From an uncultured Cryomorphaceae bacterium (GTDB taxonomy: Bacteria > Bacteroidota > Bacteroidia > Flavobacteriales > Schleiferiaceae), in assembly GCA_913060465.1 (NCBI GenBank), contig CAJXTR010000001.1:1-62352 (forward strand): a stretch of 62,352 nucleotides of DNA, written 5' to 3'. The position numbers and the translations under genes were made by a program. Below the pieces are notes generated by a model. It was not told the origin of the DNA and made no database searches. It saw nothing but the letters and a program-made list of their open reading frames with translations. Below, piece after piece: positions 1-9,060 of the stretch; positions within the stretch are counted from its first letter, which is position 1, and the number at the start of each line of letters is the position of its first letter.

Positions 1-26
1 AAGCATGTTTGTATAAATGCTTTGCC

Positions 27-866
27 ATGGAAAAGAGACCATTAGATGTATGCGTTATCAGTGATGTTCACCTAGGTACCTTCGGGTGTCATTCAAGGGA
101 ATTGAATGAATATCTTAAATCAATCGATCCGAAGACGATTGTCTTAAATGGCGATATAATTGACATTTGGAATTTTCGAAAGAACTATTTCCCTAAATCG
201 CATATCAAAGTAATCCGTACGTTGCTGAAATTGGCAGCTAATGGAACAGAAATTCATTACATCACCGGTAATCATGACGAGGCATTAAGACGATTTTCAG
301 GTTTTGAAATGGGAAATATCCAACTAGAAAATAAGCTAGTCCTAGAATTAAATGGCAAAAAGAACTGGTTCTTTCATGGTGATGTCTTTGATGTGAGTAT
401 ACAACAAGCCAAATTTATTGCTAAGCTTGGAGGATGGGGGTACGACCTTTTAATCTGGATTAATCGACTCATTAACATTTACCTTGAGAAAAGAGGTAAA
501 GAGAAGTATTCCTTATCGAAACGCATCAAAGATTCGGTTAAAAAAGCAGTGAAATTCATCAATGACTTCGAAAATGTCGCAGCAGAATTAGCCATCGAAA
601 ATGGCTATGATTACGTAATCTGTGGGCATATACATCAACCTCAGATTCGAAGCGTTAAGAATTCAAAAGGACAAACTATTTATATGAATTCAGGCGATTG
701 GGTTGAAAACTTGAGTGCACTTGAATATTCGAACGGCAAGTGGTCCCTATATTCACACCCATCAACCATGCCTGATGATGATGATGATGATGATTCCTTT
801 GACTTGACCATTAGCCCGGATTCCATCTTAAAACACATTGTACACAACAGGCCTAAGTCAGCCTAA
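27..866 (+). CDS. lpxH: LpxH-family metallophosphoesterase (UDP-2,3-diacylglucosamine diphosphatase-like) with a poly-Asp tail
   Basis: ORF 9..866; the ATG at 27 gives MEKRPLD. Metallophosphoesterase motifs occur in LpxH order: SDVHLG, NGDIIDIW, ITGNHDE, CGHIHQP. Confidence 0.7.
   Translation: MEKRPLDVCVISDVHLGTFGCHSRELNEYLKSIDPKTIVLNGDIIDIWNFRKNYFPKSHIKVIRTLLKLAANGTEIHYITGNHDEALRRFSGFEMGNIQLENKLVLELNGKKNWFFHGDVFDVSIQQAKFIAKLGGWGYDLLIWINRLINIYLEKRGKEKYSLSKRIKDSVKKAVKFINDFENVAAELAIENGYDYVICGHIHQPQIRSVKNSKGQTIYMNSGDWVENLSALEYSNGKWSLYSHPSTMPDDDDDDDSFDLTISPDSILKHIVHNRPKSA
774..794 (+). repeat. (GAT)7 trinucleotide microsatellite encoding D7 within the lpxH-like CDS
   Basis: Direct reading of gatgatgatgatgatgatgat; translated as PDDDDDDDS. 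Confidence 0.95.
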
Positions 867-867
867 T

Positions 868-1893
868 TTGAAGATTTTATACGCATTTCAAGGTACAGGG
901 AACGGACACGTCGCGAGAGCAAGAGACTTAGTCCCTAGATTTTCCTCATACGGGCAAGTTGATGTGCTCATTGCTGGATTAGAGTCTGAATTAGATTTAG
1001 GATTTCCTATTAAATACAAGCTGCGAGGACTTGCCATGGTATATGACAAGAAGGGGGCAGTTAGTTATTGGAATAGTCTTTGGAAAAATAATTTAGTACG
1101 TTTCCTTCGTGATATTCTGAATCTTCCAGTCAAGGAGTATGATTTAGTGGTGATCGATTTCGAAGCTGTGACATCTTACGCATGCTTATTAAAAGGCGTA
1201 AAGAGCCTCCAATTAAGCCATCAAGGCTCCTTTTTATCGAAGAATACTCCACGTCCTATAAAAACCGTACTCCATTGGGAGTGGGTCTTGCGCTATATGT
1301 CTCCAGCCAAATACACAATCGGCTTTCATTTCAAACCTTATGATTCATTTATTTTGCCACCCATAATCCGGCAAGAAATAAGGACCTTGCCAACAGCGGA
1401 TGGTGATCATTATACCGTGTACCTTCCAGCATACCACCCACAAGTTCTCGTGAATCTATTCTCAACGTTCAAAAACGAGCGATTTGAGATTTTCACAAAG
1501 AATGACACTGTTAATCAAAGTGTTAACTCCAAGGTTCTTAAAGCTTCAGTAGAAGGTTTTAAGTCGTCTTTGTCGAATGCGAAAGGACTTATTTGCGGGG
1601 CAGGTTTCGAAGCGCCGGCAGAAGCACGATTCTTAGGCAAGAAAGTATTGGTATGCCCAATCAAAGGCCAATACGAGCAGATTTGTAACGGAATTGCCGC
1701 ACAAGATGTGGGCATTCATTATATCGAAGAGATGACCCTCGAAAACTTGGAGGTATTGCAATCATTCTTTCATTCTAAACCTCCAAAACCAATTCGATGG
1801 AATGATTATGCTCAGCAGTTGGTTGAATGCATTGTTAATAATGCTATAAATCAGAAGCCTCTAGACGACATTTCCTCTTTACAAGTGTGGTAA
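868..1893 (+). CDS. GT-B glycosyltransferase (MJ1255/GT28-like family)
   Basis: ORF 838..1893. An in-frame TTG at 868 (LKILYAFQGTGNGHVARA) removes the overlap with the upstream stop at 866. It has an N-terminal GTGNGH motif and a C-terminal GAGFEAPAEA nucleotide-sugar-binding half. Confidence 0.6.
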   Translation: MKILYAFQGTGNGHVARARDLVPRFSSYGQVDVLIAGLESELDLGFPIKYKLRGLAMVYDKKGAVSYWNSLWKNNLVRFLRDILNLPVKEYDLVVIDFEAVTSYACLLKGVKSLQLSHQGSFLSKNTPRPIKTVLHWEWVLRYMSPAKYTIGFHFKPYDSFILPPIIRQEIRTLPTADGDHYTVYLPAYHPQVLVNLFSTFKNERFEIFTKNDTVNQSVNSKVLKASVEGFKSSLSNAKGLICGAGFEAPAEARFLGKKVLVCPIKGQYEQICNGIAAQDVGIHYIEEMTLENLEVLQSFFHSKPPKPIRWNDYAQQLVECIVNNAINQKPLDDISSLQVW

Positions 1894-1899
1894 AAACAC

Positions 1900-1907
1900 T
1901 ACATTTG
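1900..1907 (+). promoter_or_regulatory. Bacteroidota sigma-A -7 box (TACATTTG) for the bamD operon
   Basis: Exact match to TAnnTTTG, ending 7 nt before the bamD ATG at 1915. Confidence 0.45.
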
Positions 1908-1914
1908 CACCTTC

Positions 1915-2682
1915 ATGAAGGCAGCTATACATATCACTATTTTAGGTCTCTTCCTAGCGCTTACCAGTTGCGGTGAGTACCAGGAGGTGCTGAAAAGCAA
2001 AGATTTGGATTACAAATTCTCCAAAGCAGTAGAATACTACGATGCAGGAGAATATAATAAAGCGTATCCAATTTTTGATGAATTAATCACGCTGTACCGT
2101 GGAACACATAAGGCTCAAGAGGTCTATTTCTATTATGCGCACACGCTGTACAAGCAAAGAGACTACATTCTTGCCGGCTACCATTTCAAGAACTTCTACA
2201 AGACTTTCCCAAATGATGAGAAAGCTGATGAAGCAGCATTTCTCACAGCATACTGCTATTATCTAGAAGCGCCAGAGCATAGTTTAGATCAGGCATATAC
2301 CTACAAAGCCATCAATGAGATACAGCTCTTTATCAACACGCACCCTGAATCTGACAAGATAGAAGAGTGCAACGAATTCATGGAAGACCTTCGCGGCAGA
2401 TTGGAGAAGAAAAGCTACGAAATCGCTTACCAGTACTATCATACGCGCAATTACAAGGCAGCTATTACTGCCTTCACTACCACATTAAGTGAATTTCCGG
2501 ATACACCGTATCGTGATGATGCAATGTATTACCGTGCTATTGCGGCTTATAAATTGGCCGAGAATAGCTTAGAGCAACTTCAAGAAGAACGTTATCGAGA
2601 GGCTAGAACCGCACTCAATGACTATGAAGTGGCGTTTCCTGAAAGCTCAAGGCTGCAGGACTTAAAAAAATTGAATCCTTAA
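1915..2682 (+). CDS. bamD: outer membrane protein assembly factor BamD (TPR lipoprotein)
   Basis: Signal peptide with lipobox LTSC and TPR-like repeats. Conserved Flavobacteriia order bamD-rpoZ-coaBC-DUF4835-recN. Confidence 0.8.
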   Translation: MKAAIHITILGLFLALTSCGEYQEVLKSKDLDYKFSKAVEYYDAGEYNKAYPIFDELITLYRGTHKAQEVYFYYAHTLYKQRDYILAGYHFKNFYKTFPNDEKADEAAFLTAYCYYLEAPEHSLDQAYTYKAINEIQLFINTHPESDKIEECNEFMEDLRGRLEKKSYEIAYQYYHTRNYKAAITAFTTTLSEFPDTPYRDDAMYYRAIAAYKLAENSLEQLQEERYREARTALNDYEVAFPESSRLQDLKKLNP

Positions 2683-2696
2683 AATTTCTATACCTC

Positions 2697-3017
2697 ATGG
2701 ATTACAAGAAAATGCAAGCGGATAAAACAACCCGCACGCACAACATTAACGAGATTGACGCTGTAACCGACAACGTATACGAAGCGTTGACCATCATTGC
2801 AAAGCGCGCTGAGCAGATCAATGATACGACACGTGAAGAATTGCATGCGAAGTTGGAAGAATTTGCTTCTTCAACAGAATCATTAGAGGAGATCTTTGAG
2901 AACAAAGAACAAATCGAAGTGAGTAAGTTCTACGAAAGCTTACCAAAACCAACAGCTCTTGCCATGCAAGAATGGTTGGAAAACCGTATCTACTTCCGCA
3001 AAGAGGAAGAAAAGTAA
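2697..3017 (+). CDS. rpoZ: DNA-directed RNA polymerase subunit omega
   Basis: 106 aa; NVYEALTIIAKRAEQIN core typical of RpoZ; sits between bamD and coaBC. Confidence 0.75.
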   Translation: MDYKKMQADKTTRTHNINEIDAVTDNVYEALTIIAKRAEQINDTTREELHAKLEEFASSTESLEEIFENKEQIEVSKFYESLPKPTALAMQEWLENRIYFRKEEEK

Positions 3018-3027
3018 ACTTACAGCC

Positions 3028-4248
3028 ATGAGCCTTTTAAACGGTAAGAAGATTCTCTTAGGAGTTTCTGGAAGTATCGCCGCTTATAAAAGTGCTCTTC
3101 TCGTAAGAGAATTTATCAAAAGGGGTGCTGAAGTCCAAGTCGTCATTACAACGTCGGCAAAGGATTTCATCACTCCTTTGACTTTATCTACCCTCAGTAA
3201 AAGGCCTGTTTTTAGCGAGTTTATTGAGGACGATCAAAAAGCCTATGGTGTTTGGAACAACCATGTAGATATGGGCCTATGGGCCGATTACATGGTCATT
3301 GCACCCGCATCTTCGAATACGCTTTCGAAAATTGCTTCAGGCGCATGCGACAACCTCCTTACAGCAGTCTATTTAAGTGCTAAATGCCCTGTCTTTGTGG
3401 CGCCTGCAATGGATTTGGACATGTACGCCAATGGAGCGACACAGGACAACTTAGCCTTACTCAAAGGGAGAGGTGTTCAAATCATCGATTCAGAAGTTGG
3501 CGAACTAGCATCAGGTTTAGACGGTAAAGGCAGAATGGCCGAACCTGAGAATATCGTTGCTTATCTCGAAGGATACTTAAGAGAACATTTGCCATTGGCC
3601 GGTAAACAGGTATTAATCAATGCCGGTCCTACGCACGAGCACATCGACCCTGTTCGCTTTATAGGGAACAACAGTTCCGGCACCATGGGGTATGCTTTAG
3701 CGCGGGCAGCTACAGCACTTGGCGCACAAACTACATTAGTTCTTGGACCGACGAACAAAACCTTTGATTCGAAAGGGATGACCATTGTTCCTGTGGTCAG
3801 TGCTCACGACATGTATGTGGAAATGACCCGCTTATTTCCAACGGCAGATCTCACTATTTGTTCCGCAGCAGTTGCTGATTTCACCCCTGAAGTCGTGGCA
3901 GATCAAAAAATGAAAAAATCGGGCCTTGAGGAGATGATCATCAAACTGGTACCGACTGTGGATATCTTGAAATCATTAGGTGAACGCAAAACTGAGGCGC
4001 AAGTACTGGTTGGATTTGCATTGGAAACGACTGATGGTGCGGCATATGCCCAAAAGAAATTGGCTACTAAAAATGCGGATGCGATCGTCCTTAACGAATT
4101 AGGGGAATCAGGTGTTGGATTTAATACGACAACCAACAAAGTAGACGTTTTCATAAGTAATGGGAGTTCACATGCTTACCGCCTCCAACACAAGGAAGAA
4201 TTAGCTAAAGAACTCTTAGGAGATTTCATTAGATGGTTTAACTTGTAA
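3028..4248 (+). CDS. coaBC: bifunctional phosphopantothenoylcysteine decarboxylase / phosphopantothenate-cysteine ligase
   Basis: ORF 2959..4248; the ATG at 3028 (MSLLNGKKILLGVSGSIAAYK) avoids overlap with rpoZ. Flavoprotein N-domain (GVSGSIAAYK, PASSNTL) and CoaB domain (GNNSSGTMG). Confidence 0.92.
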   Translation: MSLLNGKKILLGVSGSIAAYKSALLVREFIKRGAEVQVVITTSAKDFITPLTLSTLSKRPVFSEFIEDDQKAYGVWNNHVDMGLWADYMVIAPASSNTLSKIASGACDNLLTAVYLSAKCPVFVAPAMDLDMYANGATQDNLALLKGRGVQIIDSEVGELASGLDGKGRMAEPENIVAYLEGYLREHLPLAGKQVLINAGPTHEHIDPVRFIGNNSSGTMGYALARAATALGAQTTLVLGPTNKTFDSKGMTIVPVVSAHDMYVEMTRLFPTADLTICSAAVADFTPEVVADQKMKKSGLEEMIIKLVPTVDILKSLGERKTEAQVLVGFALETTDGAAYAQKKLATKNADAIVLNELGESGVGFNTTTNKVDVFISNGSSHAYRLQHKEELAKELLGDFIRWFNL

Positions 4249-4250
4249 GG

Positions 4251-5159
4251 ATGCGCAATTTACTATTACTTCTTTCAATACTTCTTGTCAACAATGCTTA
4301 TTCTCAGGAACTTAGAGCTGTTGTAAAGGTGCTTAGCCCTGAGGTACAGGCTACCAATAAAGACATTTTCCAAGCGTTAGAATCTAGCATTGATAACTTC
4401 TTGAACGGAACAACTTGGACAGATTACAAGTACAGTGATGAGGAGCGCATTGAATGCAGCTACATCATTACCGTGAAAAGCCTTAATGGGAACAAGTTTG
4501 ACGCGAATCTCCAAGTTCAGTATTCGAGACCAATCTATGGTTCGAAATACAATAGTCCCGTGCTGAATATTTTGGATAAAGATGTTGTTTTTAGCTATCA
4601 AGAGAATGAACCTATTGATTTTCAACAAAATACATACACTACCAATCTAAGCTCTATTCTTGCTTTTTATGCCTATACCATCATAGGCACAGACCGTACA
4701 ACGTTCAAAGCAAATGGTGGTGATAATGAATTTGCGATAGCACAAAGTATAGTTACTACGGCTCAAAGTGGAGGAGGTGCCAGTGGCTGGAAGAGTTTTG
4801 ATGGCACCAAGAATAGATTTTGGATTGCAGATCAATTAAATTCCCCGGTTTTCGAACCAGTAAAAGAGTGTTGGTATTTGTACCACCGCCAAGGGCTGGA
4901 TTTAATGTACAAAGTGGAAAACCACGAACAAGCACTTAATACCGTAAGTTCAGCACTTCAAAAACTGAGTGACCCTAATCAAAAGCGTCCCAACAGTTTT
5001 CTTTTAAATATCTTTTTTGATGCAAAGCACACGGAGATTGTAAATGTATTCTCGCAGGCTTCGAGTTTAGGAATTGATACAAAAACACTCCAAAGCACCC
5101 TTGAAACTATTGATCAAGGACACTCGAGTGATTACGAAAATCTCGGTTCGACAAAGTGA
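4251..5159 (+). CDS. DUF4835-family secreted protein (family recently linked to type IX secretion)
   Basis: Signal peptide MRNLLLLLSILLVNNAYSQ. Conserved position between coaBC and recN in Flavobacteriia. Confidence 0.6.
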   Translation: MRNLLLLLSILLVNNAYSQELRAVVKVLSPEVQATNKDIFQALESSIDNFLNGTTWTDYKYSDEERIECSYIITVKSLNGNKFDANLQVQYSRPIYGSKYNSPVLNILDKDVVFSYQENEPIDFQQNTYTTNLSSILAFYAYTIIGTDRTTFKANGGDNEFAIAQSIVTTAQSGGGASGWKSFDGTKNRFWIADQLNSPVFEPVKECWYLYHRQGLDLMYKVENHEQALNTVSSALQKLSDPNQKRPNSFLLNIFFDAKHTEIVNVFSQASSLGIDTKTLQSTLETIDQGHSSDYENLGSTK

Positions 5160-6796
5160 TACGGAAGATTTATATCAGCAACTTCATCCTTATCGATGAG
5201 TTACTCCTCGAAGTAGGCAGCGGGATGACTGTACTTACAGGGGAGACCGGAGCCGGTAAAAGCATTCTCTTAGGTGCGCTTGGCGCTGCTTTGGGTAATC
5301 GAATGGCAGCTAAAGGTGTTTTGAAAAATCCTGAGAAAAAGGCCGTTATTGAAATTGCCATTGATGTAGACCCTTCATATCAACCGCTATTTGAATCAAG
5401 AGATTTTGATTACGAGAGCACTGCGGTATTTCGTAGAGAACTACTGCCAAGCGGTAAGAGTAGGGGATTTATTAATGACACCCCAGCGAAGAGCGGCGAT
5501 CTTAATTTCTTTGCCAGCTTCTTTATAGACATTAACAGTCAGAGCGATTCAAAAATCTTCAATGAAACTGAATCGCAACTGGCCCTTATTGATACTTTCG
5601 AGCCACTAGCCGTGGAGTATGCTGCCTATGAAGCGGCCTACAAGGAATGGCAACAGACCAAGAAGGAGCTGGACCGTTTGAATTCTAGCCGAGAACGAGA
5701 TGATTTAGACTATCTCGAGTTCTTATATCATGAGCTGGATAAAGCCAATGTTAAACGTGGAGAGTTAGACGATATAGAATCTACATTATCTCGCATTAAA
5801 GGAGATGTGAAATACAAGGATGGCTTAGAGCGTGCGGTATATTGGATAACCGCGGATAATGGCTTAATGGACACAGTATATTCCTTGGAATCTGAATTAG
5901 AGAAACTTAGCTCCATTGATAGTTCTTTAGAGCGTGATTTGCAGCGGCTTCAAGACCTCATTCCAGAATTGCAAAAGGTAGAACGAAACTTACAGCAAAA
6001 GCTAAATGATAGTTCAATAGAAGTGGACGTGGATAGTCTTGAAGAACGTGCAAGCAGAATAAAAGCATTAGTCTCCAAACACCGTGTCTTACATGCAGAT
6101 GAATTGGTAGACAAGTTTGAGTCAATCGCCCAGGAAATTGCATCTATTCATTCAAGATCTTCGAAAATTAAGGAACTCAAAGACCAGCTGGTGCGCTGGG
6201 AATCACGTTTACAAGAAACCGGAGCGGTGCTGCAGAAAAAGAGAACAGTAGCAGGAGGTAAGATTCAACAGCAGGTAGAAAAAAACTTGGCAAGTGTTGA
6301 CTTAGCAAAAGCAAGGTTCGAACTTCGATGGTCCGCTACGGAGCCTAAGCCATACGGTATCTATAAACCAGATTTCTATTTCTCCGCAAATCCAGGCACG
6401 CCCTTAGAGATACTAAATAAAGTAGCCTCGGGAGGTGAAAGCAGCCGACTAAAGCTTGCTTTGAAAGCAGCATTAGGGATGCATTCAAAATTGAGCTGTC
6501 AAATTTTTGATGAAATAGATACGGGCATCAGCGGCTCCACAGCTCAAAAAGTAGGAGCTACAATGAGCCGCTTGAGTGAAAACCAGCAAATTATTAGTAT
6601 CACGCACCTTCCTCAAGTTGCTGCTTATGGTGCAGCACACTGGAAAGTATTGAAAACACAACTAGAAAACGAAACCAATACCTCTGTCGAAATTCTTGAG
6701 GGTAGCAATCGTATCGCGGAAATTGCGCGGATGCTAAGTGGTGAAAAAATCACGGAAGAAGCCCTCAAACAAGCAGAAGTGTTGCTGTACCAATAG
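5156..6796 (+). CDS. recN: DNA repair protein RecN
   Basis: The GTG start overlaps the upstream stop. Walker A GETGAGKS, long coiled coil, signature ASGGESSRL, Walker B IFDEIDTG. Confidence 0.93.
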   Translation: MIRKIYISNFILIDELLLEVGSGMTVLTGETGAGKSILLGALGAALGNRMAAKGVLKNPEKKAVIEIAIDVDPSYQPLFESRDFDYESTAVFRRELLPSGKSRGFINDTPAKSGDLNFFASFFIDINSQSDSKIFNETESQLALIDTFEPLAVEYAAYEAAYKEWQQTKKELDRLNSSRERDDLDYLEFLYHELDKANVKRGELDDIESTLSRIKGDVKYKDGLERAVYWITADNGLMDTVYSLESELEKLSSIDSSLERDLQRLQDLIPELQKVERNLQQKLNDSSIEVDVDSLEERASRIKALVSKHRVLHADELVDKFESIAQEIASIHSRSSKIKELKDQLVRWESRLQETGAVLQKKRTVAGGKIQQQVEKNLASVDLAKARFELRWSATEPKPYGIYKPDFYFSANPGTPLEILNKVASGGESSRLKLALKAALGMHSKLSCQIFDEIDTGISGSTAQKVGATMSRLSENQQIISITHLPQVAAYGAAHWKVLKTQLENETNTSVEILEGSNRIAEIARMLSGEKITEEALKQAEVLLYQ

Positions 6797-6835
6797 TATA
6801 GACTATTTTAGCAATTCAATTCAACACGAGAAACT

Positions 6836-7657
6836 ATGTCAAATGGACTATTGAGTGGTAAATGCGGAATCGTATTCGGCGCTCTTAATTCAGATTCTAT
6901 CGCTTGGAAAGCTGCTGAAGCGATTCACGCGCAAGGTGGTAAAGTAGTATTAACTAATGCTCCTATCGCAATGAGAATGGGTGAACTCAACGGACTCGCT
7001 GAGGCTATTGATGCACCTATCATTCCAGCAGACGCTACAAACATGGATGATCTTAATGCGCTTATTCAAGGTGCAATGGATCACTTTGGTGGAAAGCTTG
7101 ATTTCATTCTGCACTCGATTGGTATGAGTGTAAATGTTCGCAAAGGCAAGCACTACACCGAATTGAACTACGATTGGCTTCAAAAAGGATGGGACGTAAG
7201 TGCCGTGAGTTTCCACAAAGTGATGCAATCTGCATGGAATTTAGATGCGATGAATGAATGGGGATCCATTCTTGGTTTGACATACATGGCTGCTCAACGT
7301 ACGTTCCCTGATTACAATGATATGGCGGACAACAAGAGCTACCTAGAAAGCATCGCACGTAGCTTCGGTTATCACTGGGGAGTAAAGAAAAATGTTCGTG
7401 TGAACACCATCTCTCAGAGCCCGACACCAACAACTGCTGGTTCTGGTGTAAAAGGGTTCGGTGGCTTTATTGCCTACGCAGAAAAAATGTCTCCGCTAGG
7501 AAATGCAACCGCCGAGGATTGCGCAAACTACTGTGTTGCAATGTTCTCTGATTTAACTAAACGCGTTACCATGCAAAACCTCTACAACGACGGTGGATTT
7601 AGCAACATGGGGGTTAGCGACTTGGTTATGGCCCAATTTATGGAAGGGGAAGAATAA
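6836..7657 (+). CDS. fabI: enoyl-[acyl-carrier-protein] reductase (NADH), FabI type
   Basis: SDR fold with the FabI-type Y-x6-K motif (YNDMADNK); length and N-terminus (GKCGIVFGALNSDSIAW) typical. Confidence 0.85.
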   Translation: MSNGLLSGKCGIVFGALNSDSIAWKAAEAIHAQGGKVVLTNAPIAMRMGELNGLAEAIDAPIIPADATNMDDLNALIQGAMDHFGGKLDFILHSIGMSVNVRKGKHYTELNYDWLQKGWDVSAVSFHKVMQSAWNLDAMNEWGSILGLTYMAAQRTFPDYNDMADNKSYLESIARSFGYHWGVKKNVRVNTISQSPTPTTAGSGVKGFGGFIAYAEKMSPLGNATAEDCANYCVAMFSDLTKRVTMQNLYNDGGFSNMGVSDLVMAQFMEGEE

Positions 7658-7676
7658 ATACTTCTTTTTAGATATT

Positions 7677-7708
7677 CAAAAGCCACCTCTTACGGGGTGG
7701 CTTTTTTG
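7677..7708. terminator. bidirectional intrinsic terminator
   Basis: aaaAGCCACCtcttacggGGTGGCTtttttt: 7-9 bp stem, A-run upstream and T-run downstream. The hairpin contains the stop codon of the convergent minus-strand gene (7690). Confidence 0.8.
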
Positions 7709-9060
7709 TATAGTCTGATTTTGGCTTTAGGGTATTCCATGATCAGGGAGTAGCCAATTGGACCTTCTTCTTCATCAGAAGCTAAATACAATTCCTGTTG
7801 CGCATTCGAGAAATAAATCTTCGAATAGCGCGCACCTATTGCTGCCAATTTCCATTCATTTTCAAGTTGAGATACTTGAATATGTGCGCCAGGAAACTCC
7901 TGTGAAATCTCTGTCAATGCTTTAATAGTATGGCGGTCGCGAGATGGACTTTTACTGTAGTATAAGGTCAATGCTATTGCAACCAACCATAGGGAGAGAT
8001 TCATAAGTGTGATGCGCTTCACCCATCTTTTGCGCTGTATGGCCCATGGCCAGGCGTTTTGCTCGAAAAGCATTGCAAAGCCAAGCATCCAGAACACCAT
8101 TGCAGGCATAAAATAATAGTGGTGTTGGCGGTCCATAAATAGGAAAGGAAGGGTACCACTTAACGCGATTAGGAAGAAAAAAATGGTCTCCTTTCTCAAG
8201 GTATACCATGCTTTCCTACGTAAACTGAGGATAATTAATACGGCTACGGGGATCACCAGTTGTTTTGAAATCTCCAAGATGCTCAGTAGGGCAGAGCCGG
8301 AATGTTCACGATTACCGGTAAGAGTAGGTAATAATTGACGATTTAAATAACCATCAAAGAATTTTTCAAAGTCAGGTTGATAGATATAGAAGTATGAAAA
8401 CAGCGAGCTGAAAACTACGACCATCGTGAGTAGACTAATAAAAGCAGCTTTTCTATGCTCCGGAAAAAATACCGCCAATAAGGGTAAAGTGACAATTGGG
8501 AATAATCCTACAGGTCCTTTTATACCTACAGCAACAAAGAATGCTATTCCAGCCAAAGCACTCCAAAAGTAGTTTCTCTTGAACGTTCCTTCAATCAATA
8601 GCCAAACCACCGCTAATACGGCAGCATTCAATGGTGCTTCTAGCATGTTGTTCTGATGCACCCATAATACAGTTGGCGTCACCGTCCATAATAGTTGTGG
8701 AATCCAAGCGCGATGACCCGCAGGTATGAATAGCACCCAAATCCTGCGCAACATCAATATACTCAAGCCGTAGAGAGTATAAGGATAGATTCTATCTACC
8801 CAAGCTTGATCCCCAAAGAGTCTGTAAAAAACACTATGTAACCCAAACGAAAATGGAGGGTGCTCATAGAAAGTAGGGTGGATGTATGGCGTATAATGGG
8901 GTGCCCAAAAAGTACCTAATCCTTCGTCTAAATTTCTAGCAATGGCTGCATAGGTTAGTCCGTCAAAGAACATACCCTTTGTGAATAGCAATGGAAGCAA
9001 TAAAAAAGCCGCTACGGCCCAAGAAAATTGATTCAGCCTATGGTTAATGATGTGACTCAT
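7690..9060 (-). CDS. polytopic membrane glycosyltransferase (GT39 / ArnT-like)
   Basis: 456 aa with about 11 hydrophobic spans. N-terminal FDGLTYAAIARN-type loop resembles ArnT/PMT-family lipid-linked sugar transferases. The start overlaps the prfC stop by 1 nt (TAATG). Confidence 0.5.
   Translation of the reverse strand: MSHIINHRLNQFSWAVAAFLLLPLLFTKGMFFDGLTYAAIARNLDEGLGTFWAPHYTPYIHPTFYEHPPFSFGLHSVFYRLFGDQAWVDRIYPYTLYGLSILMLRRIWVLFIPAGHRAWIPQLLWTVTPTVLWVHQNNMLEAPLNAAVLAVVWLLIEGTFKRNYFWSALAGIAFFVAVGIKGPVGLFPIVTLPLLAVFFPEHRKAAFISLLTMVVVFSSLFSYFYIYQPDFEKFFDGYLNRQLLPTLTGNREHSGSALLSILEISKQLVIPVAVLIILSLRRKAWYTLRKETIFFFLIALSGTLPFLFMDRQHHYYFMPAMVFWMLGFAMLFEQNAWPWAIQRKRWVKRITLMNLSLWLVAIALTLYYSKSPSRDRHTIKALTEISQEFPGAHIQVSQLENEWKLAAIGARYSKIYFSNAQQELYLASDEEEGPIGYSLIMEYPKAKIRLYKKATP

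Noticed and set aside
2959-3027. Longer N-terminal extension of coaBC (ORF start at 2959), and similar extensions at 838, 19008, 23397, 24982, 29380, 39684, 43806, 45352, 49848, 51260 and 57561
   Set aside because: Each extension overlaps the preceding gene or adds non-conserved, often Cys/Arg-rich residues. An internal ATG/TTG gives the family-typical N-terminus or signal peptide and removes the overlap.
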